A stretch of 64,000 nt of DNA, taken from positions 798,916 through 862,915 of the forward strand of contig CAJFCJ010000020.1 in NCBI GenBank assembly GCA_904063045.1, read 5' to 3'. Numbering within the stretch: position 1 is the stretch's first letter; each line of letters starts with the position of its first letter. The notes below the pieces were generated by a model. The model was not told the origin of the DNA, made no database searches, and saw only the letters and a program-made list of their open reading frames with translations. The stretch is from Dimorphilus gyrociliatus (Eukaryota > Animalia > Annelida). Below are positions 13,584 through 27,491 of the stretch, one piece after another. The position numbers were made by a program, and so were the translations under genes.

Positions 13584-16500
13584 TTAATTTTTGCATGCTA
13601 AATGCCAATAAGTATAAGATAAGTGAGTTTTGAAGGATTGCGGTTTTGTATCTTTTGTTTCTTTTTGTAGATAGCATCTCTTTGAAATACGGTTTCTTTC
13701 AACGGATCGGCATCCTTTCGTAGTTAGGCATTCATTTATGCAATCGTAATCAGATGATGTCGTAAGAAATTTCGTGTTGAAATTGGCTAGTACCTTATTT
13801 TTATAAGTCTTAATAGGACAACCTGTAAATGAAAGAGGATTTAAGCGATATAATCAACTTTTTATCAATTTGATGTAATTATTTACCTAAGTAGCATTCA
13901 GGTTTTCTATGATAATAAGTTAAGAAAGCATGACTCTTATAGCTTAATGGTTTAGTTGTCTTGCTCTGAACGCTAAGACTACACGTCTTCGTCAACGGTG
14001 AATATTCGGCAGATCTATAAAGAAATAAAAGAAGGTGAATGAAGAGCCTTCCAAGTTATTCACTTAATATATACATACCGGCAAACAAAATTGGCCAAAA
14101 AGCATGCTTTCAAACAGTTCTTCTCTGTTATTCCGAAAAGATTCTTGTTAGTATATCCTTGAAGGTATTTCTTGGGATAGGCGGTAAAGCACGGATAATC
14201 TTTCGTGACTTGCCCTTCACAAGTCAATTCATAGTAGTTGTACAAGAAACTAATTTTAAGTCCACCTCCAGTAATTTGATTTTTGGAACTGAGGCTACAT
14301 CTCTTGTTTATTTTGCGATAGTCAGCAGATTTACACCAAGAGCGATATTTTAAGCAAAGTTTAAGGCATTCAGTTTCCGAACCTACGTATCTCTGTAAGG
14401 ATGGGGAATTAAGATATCTGTTGGAATATTCTCTGTAGTAGCAGTCAGGTTTACAAGATGCTTTCTTCTCAAGATAGACGTAATTGAAATGAACTTTGTA
14501 TGATTTGGGATAATCTTTTTTGGTATGTTTGCTCAAATAACAAGCGTTAGATTGAGTATTGTAATTGGCAGAGCTGCATAGGGATTTTTCACATTGGAAG
14601 GCGCAAGCTTCTTCCGAAATTCCATTGTAGACCTTATAATATTTCAATTGTAGGTATCTTTGATGATATCTGTTGAAACATGGGTAAGCGTGACCACAAG
14701 TTTTTTCCCAATATATGTATAGGCTGCTTCCTCTCCATTTCGAAGCTGCTGTTTTACGATTGGCAGTACTCAAATAGCACATCTTTGTTCTTGTGTTATA
14801 TTCAGCAGATGCGCAAGTAAAAGCTTTTTCAAGGAAGCATTGCTGCTTGCATTCAAGTTGATTTGCAACTTTTACGGATTTGGTGTTTAGCCCTTGCAGA
14901 TAATAATTTTTATATTCTTTCATATAGCAATCCGCTTTACAAACACTTTTTCTTTCCCAGTAAACCATGTTATTGTGTGGCAAGTAGCTGGCTGGCTTAG
15001 ATAGTCTAGTTTCTTTAGATAAGTAGCACTTTTCAGTTGAGGCGTCGAAATAAGCAGACCTAGAAATGACATTAAATTAATATATGATATTATACTAAAT
15101 GTAGTATATACTTACTTGCATCCTTCAGATTTTAAACATACAGATTTACAGCCACCTTCCGAAGAATCGCTTTTGAGGGTGTAATGCTGATTGGCTAGAT
15201 ATCTGAAGGGATATTCATTATAACAATAATCTCCAGTACACGAAAGATGCCAATGAATATATAAACTCGAAGGTTTAAAGGCGGATGGCATCGTCAATCT
15301 AGATTCATTGTGCAAGATGCAAGTTTTCGTGCTTCGTCTCCAAGAAACTGATCTGTAATTGGTAGAGAATTTAACATATATAAGCGTATAATAAATTAAT
15401 GCTACTTACTTGCACTCTCCGGATGGTTTTTCTGTAAGACATAATTTTAGACAGTCGATATCGCTATCGGCTGATGTTGAACGAATGGTGTTGCCAACGA
15501 TATAATATTTAGGAAAAGTTAAGATTGCGCAATCGGTTTGACATTGAGAATGCTTTTCGAAATATCTATAATTTTTGTTGGAAAAGTATAAAGCAGGATG
15601 ACTGTTTTTTGTTTTTCTTGAAAGGAAGCACTTTTTTAATTGTTTGTCGTACGACGCAGATCTATTGAAAGTAAATTGAATATAAAGTATTGAAGTTACC
15701 ATGAAAAATATGTTGTACTAACCTGCATGGAAATTCACCAAATAAGCACAGTTTAACGCATTCCTCCTCGGTTTTCCCTTGGAATACGATATATTTGTCG
15801 TTTATATACTTGTTTGAATAGGATGTGAAGCAGTTGTATTCTTTATTAATGGGTCTGCATATTTTATGATAATTCTCCCATTCTGAAGATGATTTTGCGG
15901 CGTTAGGCTTTGTTAGTTTGGACTCGGTGTGAAGTCTGCAAATTTTTGAATTCCTTTTATAGTCAAAGGATTTGCAGCTTGGATCTTCGTAACATGCTTC
16001 AATACATTGGTTGCTGGTATAACCGTTATATTGTGTAAGAATGTAACCGTCAATATAGGTTCTGTAGTTGTAAACGTAATAGCAGTTGTAGTCGCATTTT
16101 GCATCTCTCATCCAATAAGTGTATTTACTGTGATTTTTAACCCAACCTGGTTTTGACAAGTGAGTTTCTTTATTGAGATAGCATTTCTTGGAAACTTTGT
16201 CATAGTGAATAGATCGGCAAACGTAATTGGCGGTGAAGCAAAGACGCTGGCAGGTTTTTTCATCTTTGTTGGAGAAAACTTGAGCATGATTTATCATATA
16301 AGTACCATCCATTGCGGATTCATAGCAAGGTGTTTCCTCAATGGGATCGAATTTGCAAATTTTATGAAAGTGTTCCAAAGTAATGTGAGGTTTCCATGCT
16401 GCTGGTTTAGTGTCCTTCGATTCGCGACTAAGGGTGCACTCACCGTTATCTCTACCATAATCAATAGATTTACAATCGTAATTTTGGTTCAAAAGACAAC

Positions 16501-16894
16501 TTTCCAAACATTGTCGACTGGAGTAAGAAAGAAATTTATTGTCGTTGTAGCCCAAAAGGTACTTTTTCCAATAATATACAAAATAACAATGTGGTTGACA
16601 TTCCTTCCTTCTATACCAATAGACGTAGTTGTCATTGTTCTTATACGTAGCTGGAGCGGAGAGATGAGTTTCGATATTTAGATAACAGATTTCATTTGTT
16701 CTATCGTATTGAGCCGATTGACATAAGCCTGGGTATGTTAAACAAGACCCGGGACATTCTTCTTCTGTTCGACCATCCACCTTCTTCACATAAGTAGATA
16801 AATGCTTATTTTGATATTCGTCAAAGCATTTGCAGTCTACAAGAGACTGTATAGTCAGAGCCAAGATTGCAACTTGAACAACTATTCGTAGCAT
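13584..16894 (-). CDS. PAN-4: secreted multi-PAN protein, 12 domains
   Basis: ATG at 16894, leader MLRIVVQVAILALTIQSLVDC. In-frame exons end YTYWHLACKN*. CCAAT (16974-16978) and TATATATA (16947-16954) lie upstream. Confidence 0.88.
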
Positions 16895-18643
16895 CTTTAA
16901 GTCTCTTTCACTGTGGAAAGAATGATTTCTTAAATAATTTACCCGATATATATAGTTGTCTTGAACGATCCTGATTGGCTGAAGAAAACGTCATAGTTAC
17001 ATAATATTCAAAATTTTGCTGACTTTGGAAAGTTTCATGAAAGAAATGAACTTTTCACTCGGGCCAGAAAATTGTCTACGCAAACGAATATTAAATTGAA
17101 TTGAGTCATAAAGATATTTGAAAATTGAATAGAAGAGTTAGAAAACAAAATTGAAGCTAAATTCGTAATCTTTTTGGACTCATTTTCTTAGTTTTTCCAT
17201 TTCTAAATCATTCTTTTAACATACAAAAGTATAATATTTATAGTTAATGGGGTCTAAAATTCATTAAAATGATTGCTTAAACCTTAAAGTGATTGAAAAC
17301 AATCAATTAAAACGTTTGGTTGGAGAGTTAATGATTAAAAATCATTAAATATTTAAGATATTCTAAAACGTTTAGTTTATTTTATTTGCAAGTTCGCCCA
17401 GGTAGACGCTTCTTTTACTTAGGTAAGCGTTTCTTCCGTACCTCCTCTAAATTTTTGCTTCGTCAGCGCTTTTACGCGTCGTTTCAATGTTTATTTGCTA
17501 TTTATAATATTTTTCGTTACAATTCAGACAAAGAAGATATTAGTATGGGCTTTTAGGACCACGGTTTTTATTAGACCCTATTATTTTACTAAATAGATTA
17601 ACAAAATAAGAGAATTATCCCTTTGCAATTAAGCAGATCTTTAAGATTAGATCTTTTATTGTTCTAGTAGTATATTCCTTTTTCCAGAGAATCGATATAT
17701 TATGATATTTTCAATTTATTTTTCTCAATAAAGTTTATTGAATTATAGATCGATAAATACAAATTTTCAATATGATTAGAAGAAGTATAGAGTAGGAACT
17801 GTTGAACTTTTCACCCCAAGGATATTTCAAAGGAACTTGATCAAGTGACAATGTTATTTAGAAGTGTTAGTTTATTAAATGTCACATATTTCATTAGAAG
17901 ATTAATTTATTTATCACGCTGTGTAATACATATTGTTATGTATATTTTGATAAAATAAACTAATTATTCAAAATAGGCTTGGGTAAGGAAATGATTGAGT
18001 TATTCCGTAATATATGCTAATGAATACATTTAAACAATCTTTCAAGGGCTGTTTAAATACAATACCATTTACCTGGTTACTTCTAAATGAATTACATAAT
18101 AACCGTAACAGGGTGTACCAGTCTCCAAATTCCAATCCTGAAGAACAATAAGAAAGACTGTTACTTTAGAAAGTCTATTTTTACCTGAAGATTTGACTAG
18201 AATTTTGATATCATTTGGATATATTATATATTCATATTTGAGTAGAATTTCCAGATATAGTTTATTGGAAATGACCGATATTTTCTAGAAAAAGAAAACT
18301 GTAGATGAAAAGACTACGTGACGACTACTTCTATTAGTCCATTTTAAAGAACCATCCTCATTATTGTCTTGTTATACTTTTAATACTTTGAAACTATTTT
18401 TTCAATAAGATCTGTAGTCTTACTTATTTGAATGATTCATTCTTTTATCATCAAAATATACCCTCTTCCCTCTTGGAAGATAAGTAAGAAAATGATAGTT
18501 TTCCAATAATAACTTGGTTTATTAAAATGAAACTTTAAAAGCCTTAACATTGAAAGCGATTACAAATAAAAGCCACACATGTTAACTTAATAATACGTAC
18601 AAAATCTAAGTATAGAGAATTTTGTATTATTATTCAATTTATC

Positions 18644-20803
18644 CTAATTTGTATGTGTCTTTTCGAAATAAATGAATTGAGAACTCGATCTCCAATGGTG
18701 TGGTATCGTTTGTCGGTTTTCATCGCTTAAGTAACAAATTCTGGTTCTCTTGTTATATTCGGCAGATTTACAATTAAACGAATGTTGAGTAAAGCATAAC
18801 TCTAAACATTCTGCATCATCCTGAACTACATATTCTTTCATATTGTGTCCTTGTAAGTAGTGACCATCGAATACTGTAAAGTAATAATAAGCTGGACAGA
18901 CTGTCTTTCTTTCCCAATAAACCATATCATGATCTATAATAAAGCTGTTAGGTTTCGTATATTGAGTGTGCGTTGTTAAGTAACATTTTTCGTTTCTTCG
19001 ATTATAATAAGCAGATCTATAATAATAAAGATTTTTAATACAAATACAAATCAAAGATATCAATCAAAGTCTTACCTGCATCCTTCCTTCGCAATCAGAC
19101 AATAGTATTTACACCTATCCTCTGTTGTATCAATGATAGCGTAAGCTTGGTTTGACAAATATCTAAACGGATATTCCGTGAAACATTTTCCATGGCACAT
19201 AACATCCCAGTGAACATAGTAATTCGATTGTTTGAAATTAAATGGCCGAGTTATTCTTGATTCGTCATGTAGGAGGCAAGTTTTTGTACTATCTCTCCAG
19301 GAAGCAGATTTGCAAACACCTTGAGGAGTATATGATAGACAAGACTCTAAACAATCAAAATCATCATTAGCCGATAAAGCTTTTAGTGTATGTCCTTTCA
19401 AATAGTAATCTTTGAAGGGTATTGCCATACAATCCGGCTGACATTTCAATTTCTTTTCAAAATACCTATAGTCCTGGCTATTAAAATATAAATTAGAATG
19501 AGAAGATTTCGTTTTTCTTGTTATATAACATTTTCTCGTTCTCTTGTTGTAAGATGCAGATTTGCAATGGTGTCCATTAAACAAGCAAATGCTAATGCAT
19601 TCTTCTTCACTTTGCTCTTTGTACTCTGTATATAAATCGTTCAAATACGCATTTGAGAAAGAGTTAAAGCATATATACTCTTTCGAAACGGCGCAAACTT
19701 TATGATAATTCTCCCAGAATGAAGAGTATTGCAAAACATTAGGCTTTGTTAACTTTGATTCAGTATGTAGCTGACATCTTTTACCATTACGGTCATAATC
19801 GAATGATTGACAAGTTGGTTCTAAATAGCATTTTTCCATACATTCAAGACTAGTAATATTGTTGTGCTGCGGACCGAGTTTAAACCCGGGAATATATCTT
19901 CTCCAATTGTACTGGTAATAGCAATTAAAATCGCAGTTCTCATCTCGCAGATAGTAAACGTAATTGTTATCAAATCTAATCCAATTTGGCCTTGATTTAT
20001 GCGTTTCTTTATTAAGATAGCATTTTTTTGAAGACTTGTTATAATGAATAGATCTACAAGTGAACGTTGCGGATAAACAAAGCCTGTGACACTCATCAAG
20101 TTGTTTATTATTGTGTAGTTTAGCGTGATTTGTCAAATACTGACCGTCTATTGTTTCTTGGTAGCAAGGAGTCACTTCAATATTATCAGATTTACATACT
20201 TTATGAAAATGCTCCAACTTAATATGGGATAAAAATGCGTTTGGTTTTGTGTCCTTCGATTCTCTGCTAAGTGTACATTCACCAGTCTGTCTATCATAGT
20301 CAATTGATTTGCAATCAAAATTTTGGTTTAACATACAGGCTTCTAAGCATTGATAACTTGTATATGAAAGATATTGCTGATCATTGTAACCCAATAGATA
20401 TTTTTTCCAATGGTATATGAAATAGCAATTTCGATGGCATTCCTCTCTTCTATACCAATAGACAAAGTTACCTTTAGTTTTCCAGATTGATGGACTAGAT
20501 ACATGAGTTATTTTGTTCAAGTAACAGAGTTTATTTGTTCGATCATACTGAGCGGAGAGACACAATTCAGGATAAGCCAAACAGGATCCACGACATTCTT
20601 CTTCACTTCTTCCCTCTATTTTCTTCGCATAAGTGGTCAAGTGTCTACCATTAAATTCGTCGAAACATTTACAGTTGTCTAAAATAAACAATTATTTAGA
20701 TATAAATACATAAAATAGGTATAAAACACTTACTGCCTGGGCAATTTTGAGCCGAAATAACAACGAAAAACACAACAAAACTTAAAATATTTAATAAAAA
20801 CAT
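18644..20803 (-). CDS. PAN-5: secreted PAN protein, 8 domains, closest paralog of PAN-4 but C-terminally shorter
   Basis: Exon 1 MFLLNILSFVVFFVVISAQNCPG, then a long exon highly similar to PAN-4 (e.g. WKKYLLGYND, CTLSRESKDTKP). Last exon ends YFEKTHTN*. Confidence 0.85.
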
Positions 20804-21237
20804 GCCTTCTTTCAAGTCGTTAGACTGATAGAAGACTGATTTTTGGTAAAAATTAATCCACTTATATGGTTTATAGGTGATAGGACTTAATTAACAAGAG
20901 TTGTGTCACTGACCTAATTATGACTGCCACGTCGGAAAAAACAATTTTTTATGGTTCCAGGTAAAATATATTTAAAAAGTGTACCTAATCAGGTGAAAAA
21001 CTAGGACATTTAAATACCCTTAGTCCTATTGATATTGAATCGTCGTTTTAAACGCTGATATAATATAGAAATAGTGAAATGCGAGCTAAACTGAACAGAT
21101 TCTATCTCAAACGCGAATGATGCAAGAAAATAGTTTTTCTTTTAACAACTAACATTTATTCAGAATGTTTAAAACTTGAATAGTGTAACTAAAAAACTAA
21201 GAAAGGTCGTGTAACATATAAAGAAACAACAAAGCAT

Positions 21238-22417
21238 TTAACATTCGTCCTTCTCAAAAAATGTGTAATAGTAGTTGGATTTGAGTGGGGTATCACCGTG
21301 ACTATCGCTATTGAGATAACAAACGTTTCTTGACTTTGCATATAGAGCAGACCTGCAGTTTGTGTCTTGGTTGCAGGCATCTTTACACGATTCTTCTGTT
21401 GAACCAGACAAGTTTGTATAGGTGTTTCCTGCGTAATATGAACTTTGATATGTTGTAATACAATCAGTGTTTATTGGTGAATCTCCACAGTCTAGTTCGA
21501 CATATGTATATGAAGAACTTTGACGAAATTTAGTGGGATTGACAGATTTTGTTTCTCCACTCATATAGCATTTTTTCAAAACTGATTGATATTCAGCTGA
21601 CTTGCATTGATTCTCTGCAACATTTCTGAGGGCACATTTTACTATACATTCATGTACGCTGTTTGCATCTTCTGTATAATCGTTATAACCCGCCAAATAT
21701 CTAGCATCAGTTCTGGTGAAAAAACATTCAGAATTACATGTCTTTTCAAAATATTCAGAGTTGGTATCACTTTCACTGTTTAGTGAAGTAGCTAATCGGC
21801 ATTGATTTGTTTGTGAATCAAAACTGGCTGCTGAGCATAAATTTTCAACAGACAGACACAAATGAACACAATGCTCTTCATTATCAGCAGTTACAGATGA
21901 AAAGTAATCTGTTAATCTTCTCCCACTTGTTCTTGTAAAACATTCGTAGTCCGTTTGAACATCTGCTCAATTATAGATGAATAAGTAAATTATACCGATG
22001 AAAATTAAAGAAATATACTTACTACCACAGGCTTTTCGTTCGAAGTATATTGCGTCTCTATTAAATTGTAGCCTTTCCGGATAGGTTGCTGCAGATTCAG
22101 AATGTAAATCGCAGATTTCGTTCTGGCAGTAATAATTTACTGATTTGCATCTATCAATATCTGTTCTACATATCTCCAAGCATTCTGGCAGTGTTAAGCC
22201 ATTGTAACTATAGTAGTGGTTATGATAAAATTTTGTTTCTCTTTGTTTTGAAAAACAATCAAAAACTGGATGAGTGCCTTCAAAAATCAAAATAGTGAAT
22301 TAGAAAAAGATTTTATAACAGTTACGTAGCCTACTTACAATCGTATATATCGCACTCTTGGCACGCAAAAGTTACCGCTATGACAGCAACAAAGATTAAA
22401 AACTTCGCTAAAATCAT
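21238..22417 (-). CDS. PAN-6: small secreted acidic PAN protein, 4 domains, 3 exons
   Basis: Leader MILAKFLIFVAVIAVTFACQECDIYD spliced to CTHPVFDCFSK... and ending FFEKDEC*. TATAAATA on the minus strand at 22477-22484. Confidence 0.85.
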
Positions 22418-23002
22418 GACTTCTTTTCAGTATGGTGCCTGGTGGAAGACTGCTACTTAACCAATGAATCCAGGACTATTTATACTGCTGAGTTGCGTAA
22501 TACGGACTTTCAGTTTTATAGAACTCACATTGAAATTCTTCAAACTGAAAGTTTTGCATAAGTCATGGTCAAACATTGCTTTCATCCCAGAATGTAAGCA
22601 GACAGTAAACACAAATACGCCTATTAGCTGTTCTAATATCACTGATTATTTTTCATAAAAACGCTTTAAAGGTGTATGAAATCTGCTTAAGATTCGCAGA
22701 ATTTATATCTTCACAATGTATATGATATACTAGTACGACATTAGATAGCAAATACAAAGCGTTTTCAATTTACCTTTTGACCTTGGGGACGTTTTATAAT
22801 ACTTTAAAACTATGATTAATAAGATGACCTCTAACTAAAAGTTCACAGCCGAAAGTTACATTTTAATGTCATGAGTCATGAGAAAAACTATCAAATATCA
22901 GAGCTTTTAAAACAAAAGGTTTATTAATTAAACGACTAAAATAAAAGTAATTAACAGGTAAAACTTAAAATTAAAATCAAGAATATTCAACTAGCATATA
23001 TG

Positions 23003-25134
23003 TTATTCTCCTGGGCATTCCAATGTCCAGTAGATGTATTTAGTACTATCGCTGAATGGCTGACTCTCAATAGTTAATCTCTTTTGAACTTTATTTTCAA
23101 TTCTACATCTATTCTCTTCTCTGTTAAATTCGACCGTCGTGCAAGCTTCAGATCTATTAAGGCATTCTTCGAAACATGTATCTTCAGATTTCGAATTGAA
23201 AGTCTCTCCCTCGAATTCAATTTTTGTCGAACGTTCAATTTTCTTATAATAACAATCTATTACAAGAAAAAAATGAAATAATACTGTTATTAAGCTATTT
23301 ATTAAGAGAGTTTCGTATTTACCTGGTTTACAAACACCTTTCTTTTCCATATAAATGATTCCTTCAGCTTTTACATATTGAAAAGGAAAATACAGTCTTG
23401 TGAACCTATTCAAATAGCATGTTTTACTGATAAATTCGTAGTTAATTGATCTACACTGTCTTTCCATACACAATTTAGCGCACTCTTTTTCTGATATACC
23501 ATCAACCGAGTCAAAATCGCTTTTTAATAAACGCCTGTTATACAAAGCAACAAAACAAGGATATTCTGCTCTGCAACCTCTTGCCCAAAAAATATAATCA
23601 TTATTCCTTCTTAGACGAAATCTTTGCGTCAATTGACTTTCTTTACTTAGGAAGCAAGTATTTGTTTTCTTATTGAAATCAGCCGATGAACATTGATTGT
23701 TACTTAGGCAAAAAGTCATACACTGTAAAGAATTTTTAACTTTAAGTTTCTTCCAATTGTAACCGCCTAAGAAATGATTTTCAAATTGTCTTAGAAAGCA
23801 GGCGGAAGAGCAAACATTATTCCTTTCCCAATAAATAACATTTCCGTGATCTCTGAATGAAAATGGTTTGGTTTTTGACGATTCTCTCGATATATAACAT
23901 TTTGCCTTGACTTTATCGTATTCCGATGATTTACAACCTGGAGTAAGTAAGCAAGAGGATTGACACAATTCTCTACTAGTTGTTGGAAATATTTTAATAT
24001 CGTTAAAGATCAAATGTTTCTTTTCGAATTCTTTGAAGCATGTAATTTCTAAGAAGATTAAAAAAAAACGATTTAACATGTTTCGCATTGAACAAAATCT
24101 TTTTATTAACCTCCTTCGCATTCAATATTTTCCTCTCGGCAATCGACTGCTTGAACTTTATTACAGTTACCTGGTTCGCAGATATCATCGTCATTTAAGC
24201 AAAGAGAACTTTCGCAACCACTTCCAGATCCACTATCATCTCCACTTATCTCGAAATCATCTTCTTGACAATCAACATCCCAATAAATATATCTAATAGA
24301 TGGCGCAAATACAGCAGCCTGCGATCTCCTTGTCTTACTATGCAACGTACATATTTTATTTAACTTGTTCCTATCTGCTGAACTGTTTTAAGACAAATAT
24401 TTAATTAATTACATTGGTGGATACTTGTTTATCTATTCTTTTAAACTCACAGACAAATTCCACTTGGTTTCATTGCTAAACAGGCCTCTATGCATTCCAA
24501 ATCATTCTTGGTGTTTAACGTTTTTAATATATCGCTTTTCAGGCGGAAACCAGGGGAAGGACCCAATATGCATTCTGTACATTTACCATCAATAAAAAAA
24601 AGTATTTGATTACTTGATATCTTTTACACACCTGGTCTACAGTCAGGTTTCTTCTCAAAATATCTTCCACCAGAGAGAGTAATAAAGCTGGATGGATTGG
24701 TTTTTCTAGTATATTTTGAAAACATACAGGTACTGGTTTTTGTATCGTAAGAAATAGATCTATGAAAGATAACAAATATATACAAATAAATAACAACTCT
24801 TCCTAGGGGAAGGGGAAAAAGTATGTTAACCTGCAATTTCTCTTTTCTTCTAAACAAATTCTTACGCAATCACCTTCGCTAGTATCGTAAACAAGTTCTT
24901 CAGAATCTCTTAAACTTCTTGAAAGTATTGTAGTAAAGCAGGGATACTTTGAATCGCATATATTCAATTTATTAAAACATCCTGTTCAAAATTTCAAGAT
25001 TTTAAATATTTAATTAATAAAATAACTATTTAAAACTGATTATGTAAAATCTACTTACCAATCGCATATACGTCTAAAGGCCTGTAACATATTATTAATG
25101 ATAAGCTTAATAGTAATTTGATTATCAGTTTCAT
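23003..25134 (-). CDS. PAN-7: secreted PAN protein, 6 domains (modules 7-12 type) with an acidic Ser-Gly/Cys-rich insert between domains 2 and 3
   Basis: Leader MKLIIKLLLSLSLIICYRPLDVYA. In-frame exons give YPCF...KPSGIC...YWDVDC-QEDDFEISGDDSGSGSGCESSLC...-ITCFKEF..., ending YWTLECPGE*. Confidence 0.85.
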
Positions 25135-25610
25135 TTGTTCTAAAGATATGTTTGTTGAATATTCAAAAACAAAGAAAAATTGATTTTTACTTTAACAAAA
25201 ATAACTAAAAACCAAAACGATTAAAATCAAAAACTAAGCTTGAATAGTTTGAACATTAGCCTTTTATACTTAATTTAGTACTCTATACTTTCGTATTGTG
25301 CTCATTTTATATTTAGTGTTTAAAACTTTCAAAACCGTTAAAACTATTAGAAAGTTATTAACAAATCGATAACAAAACTTTCTATATTTATTTTAAGAAA
25401 AAAAGTCACATGATCATTATTGAATATTAATTTGATTTATTAAAATTATTTGAACATTTTTGGAACAATTTCATAAGAGGTCAGACAAAAAAAAAAGAGT
25501 ATAAAAAGTGAAATGTCTGGAACCATAGGACTTTGTGATTGAGTAATGTAGCATAGAAGATTTTGAACTGAATTCTAGACTGATTATTCTGAGGAAAAAG
25601 ACTTTGAAAA

Positions 25611-27069
25611 ATGATGCCGTCACATCAAATATTAATTATTTTAATTATATTTAATCAATTACTAAATTTCTGCAAAGTTTACGGTAACTGTCTAAAGCAA
25701 GTGAATATTTTTAGTTTATATTAAATCTTCCATTTTTTTTTATCCATAGGCGATCATCCGTGTTATGACAAAGTAGACGGATACCCTTTAAATTTTGGGA
25801 GTACCGTACACGAGAATACTTCCCTATTCGCTTGTATTGATTTATGCTTAAAGACAGAAAATATCTGCAAGTAATATAGTAAAATAATGTATTGTATATA
25901 CTATTCTAATACAAATATTTCTCTTATATAGATCCTTTACGTACAATTTTGATTGGAAAACATGCCATTTAAGCTCTACTATACAAGAAACTCGCACTAC
26001 ATTTAATGAGTTTAATATACCTAATATAGCCTATTATATTAAAAAGGAGTTTTGCCGTCCATGTAATAAACTAATGAACCAGCGAATCTATTTAATTGAA
26101 TAATATTTTCTCTTTGATTTTCATCTCTTAGCTTGCTTTTTCAAAAAATACGAAGAGAGATATCTTCATGGTTTCAGCTATAAAACAATAAAAGATACTG
26201 ATACGCCAGATGCTTGCTTAGATTTGTGCTTGGCTGAAATGGAAACTTGCAAGTAGATTAAAAATACAAGTAATTAACAATAGAATCTATAAATATTCTC
26301 TTTTTTCTTATATTGCAGTTCAGTAGAATATAATATAGCATCTAAAAAATGCTATCTAAGTCGTTATACCAAAGAGATAAATCCGTACGCATTTAGGGAG
26401 AATTGTTTTTTCACATATTGGGAAAGAGTATGCGGAGAGGAACCAAAAGCTTATGCTTGTTTTGAAACTCACAATAATCATTGGTTACCAAGAGCTAATT
26501 CTAGATTAATATCTGAAAATTATGAAACATGCTTATACGAATGTCTGATTTCTAAAAAGCAGTGTAGGTTAGTAAATTTCATCTTTCGAATGAAAGAGTT
26601 TTATTAAAGGGGAGAAAAAGTAAAAACTTGTTTAAATAGATCAGTTCAATATGATAAAATTAGTCATGAATGCTACCTGAATGAAAATGATTCCGAAACC
26701 GAGGAATTAATATTCAATATATCTTTTGTACATTTTCAAAGGTCTTTAGATTGTACATCAGGTAAATAATCATTTTAAACATTATTCATCTCTTCAACAT
26801 TAACTAGATACTAAAGGTTTATTTTTATTTAAGATTGTTCGATTGAAGCTCATAATGGAAAAGTTTTAAAACGATTAAATATCGAATCGGAGAGATCGCT
26901 ATCAAATTTAGATTGTATTGAACAATGCTTTGCAACTGATAATTGTAATTCTGTTCAAAGAAACAGTGATTTGGCAGTTTGTCATTTACAAATTGAAACT
27001 AAAGACAATAGACCAGATAATTTTGAGAGTTCGCCATTCTATACTTATTGGCAATTTAACTGTCCTTAA
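25611..27069 (+). CDS. PAN-8: secreted PAN protein, 4 domains, head-to-head with PAN-7
   Basis: Leader MMPSHQILIILIIFNQLLNFCKVYG, then HPCYDK..., CFFKKY..., ACFETH..., DCSIEA...YWQFNCP*. All exons are shorter than the ORF-track cutoff and were assembled from splice sites. Confidence 0.82.
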
Positions 27070-27491
27070 TAAATGTTAATTCATTTAATACAAACTAAAA
27101 ATTGAACTTTGCGTATCTTGTCTTTTTTTTATGCATATTTAATTAAAAGCATTAATAAAAGGTACAGATTGTACTCTTTAGACTCTTTCAATCTCTAATT
27201 TTGACAAACTTTATCTTTAATGCAATTTTAAAAGTAGAATTGGTATTGTTTATTAATTGCAATTAGAAATAAAAATGCTCTATTATCTTTAAGGAAAGGA
27301 TTATGGAGAAAGGGAGATATAATAAATTTGGACAGCTTGAACAACGAAACAAAGTTAAATGAGTACATGTTATTTTTTACCGAGTTGAGTCATCTGTTAA
27401 TTGAGTAATGTAACAAAATGCTTATAAATTGAGACAGTTTTAGAAAGAAAATTTAGTTTTTCGGCTGATTTTCTTGCTGGCTAAGGAAATC

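Noticed and set aside
16160-16681. 173-aa plus-strand ORF
   Set aside because: Antisense shadow of a PAN-4 exon, with no recognisable motif or signal context.
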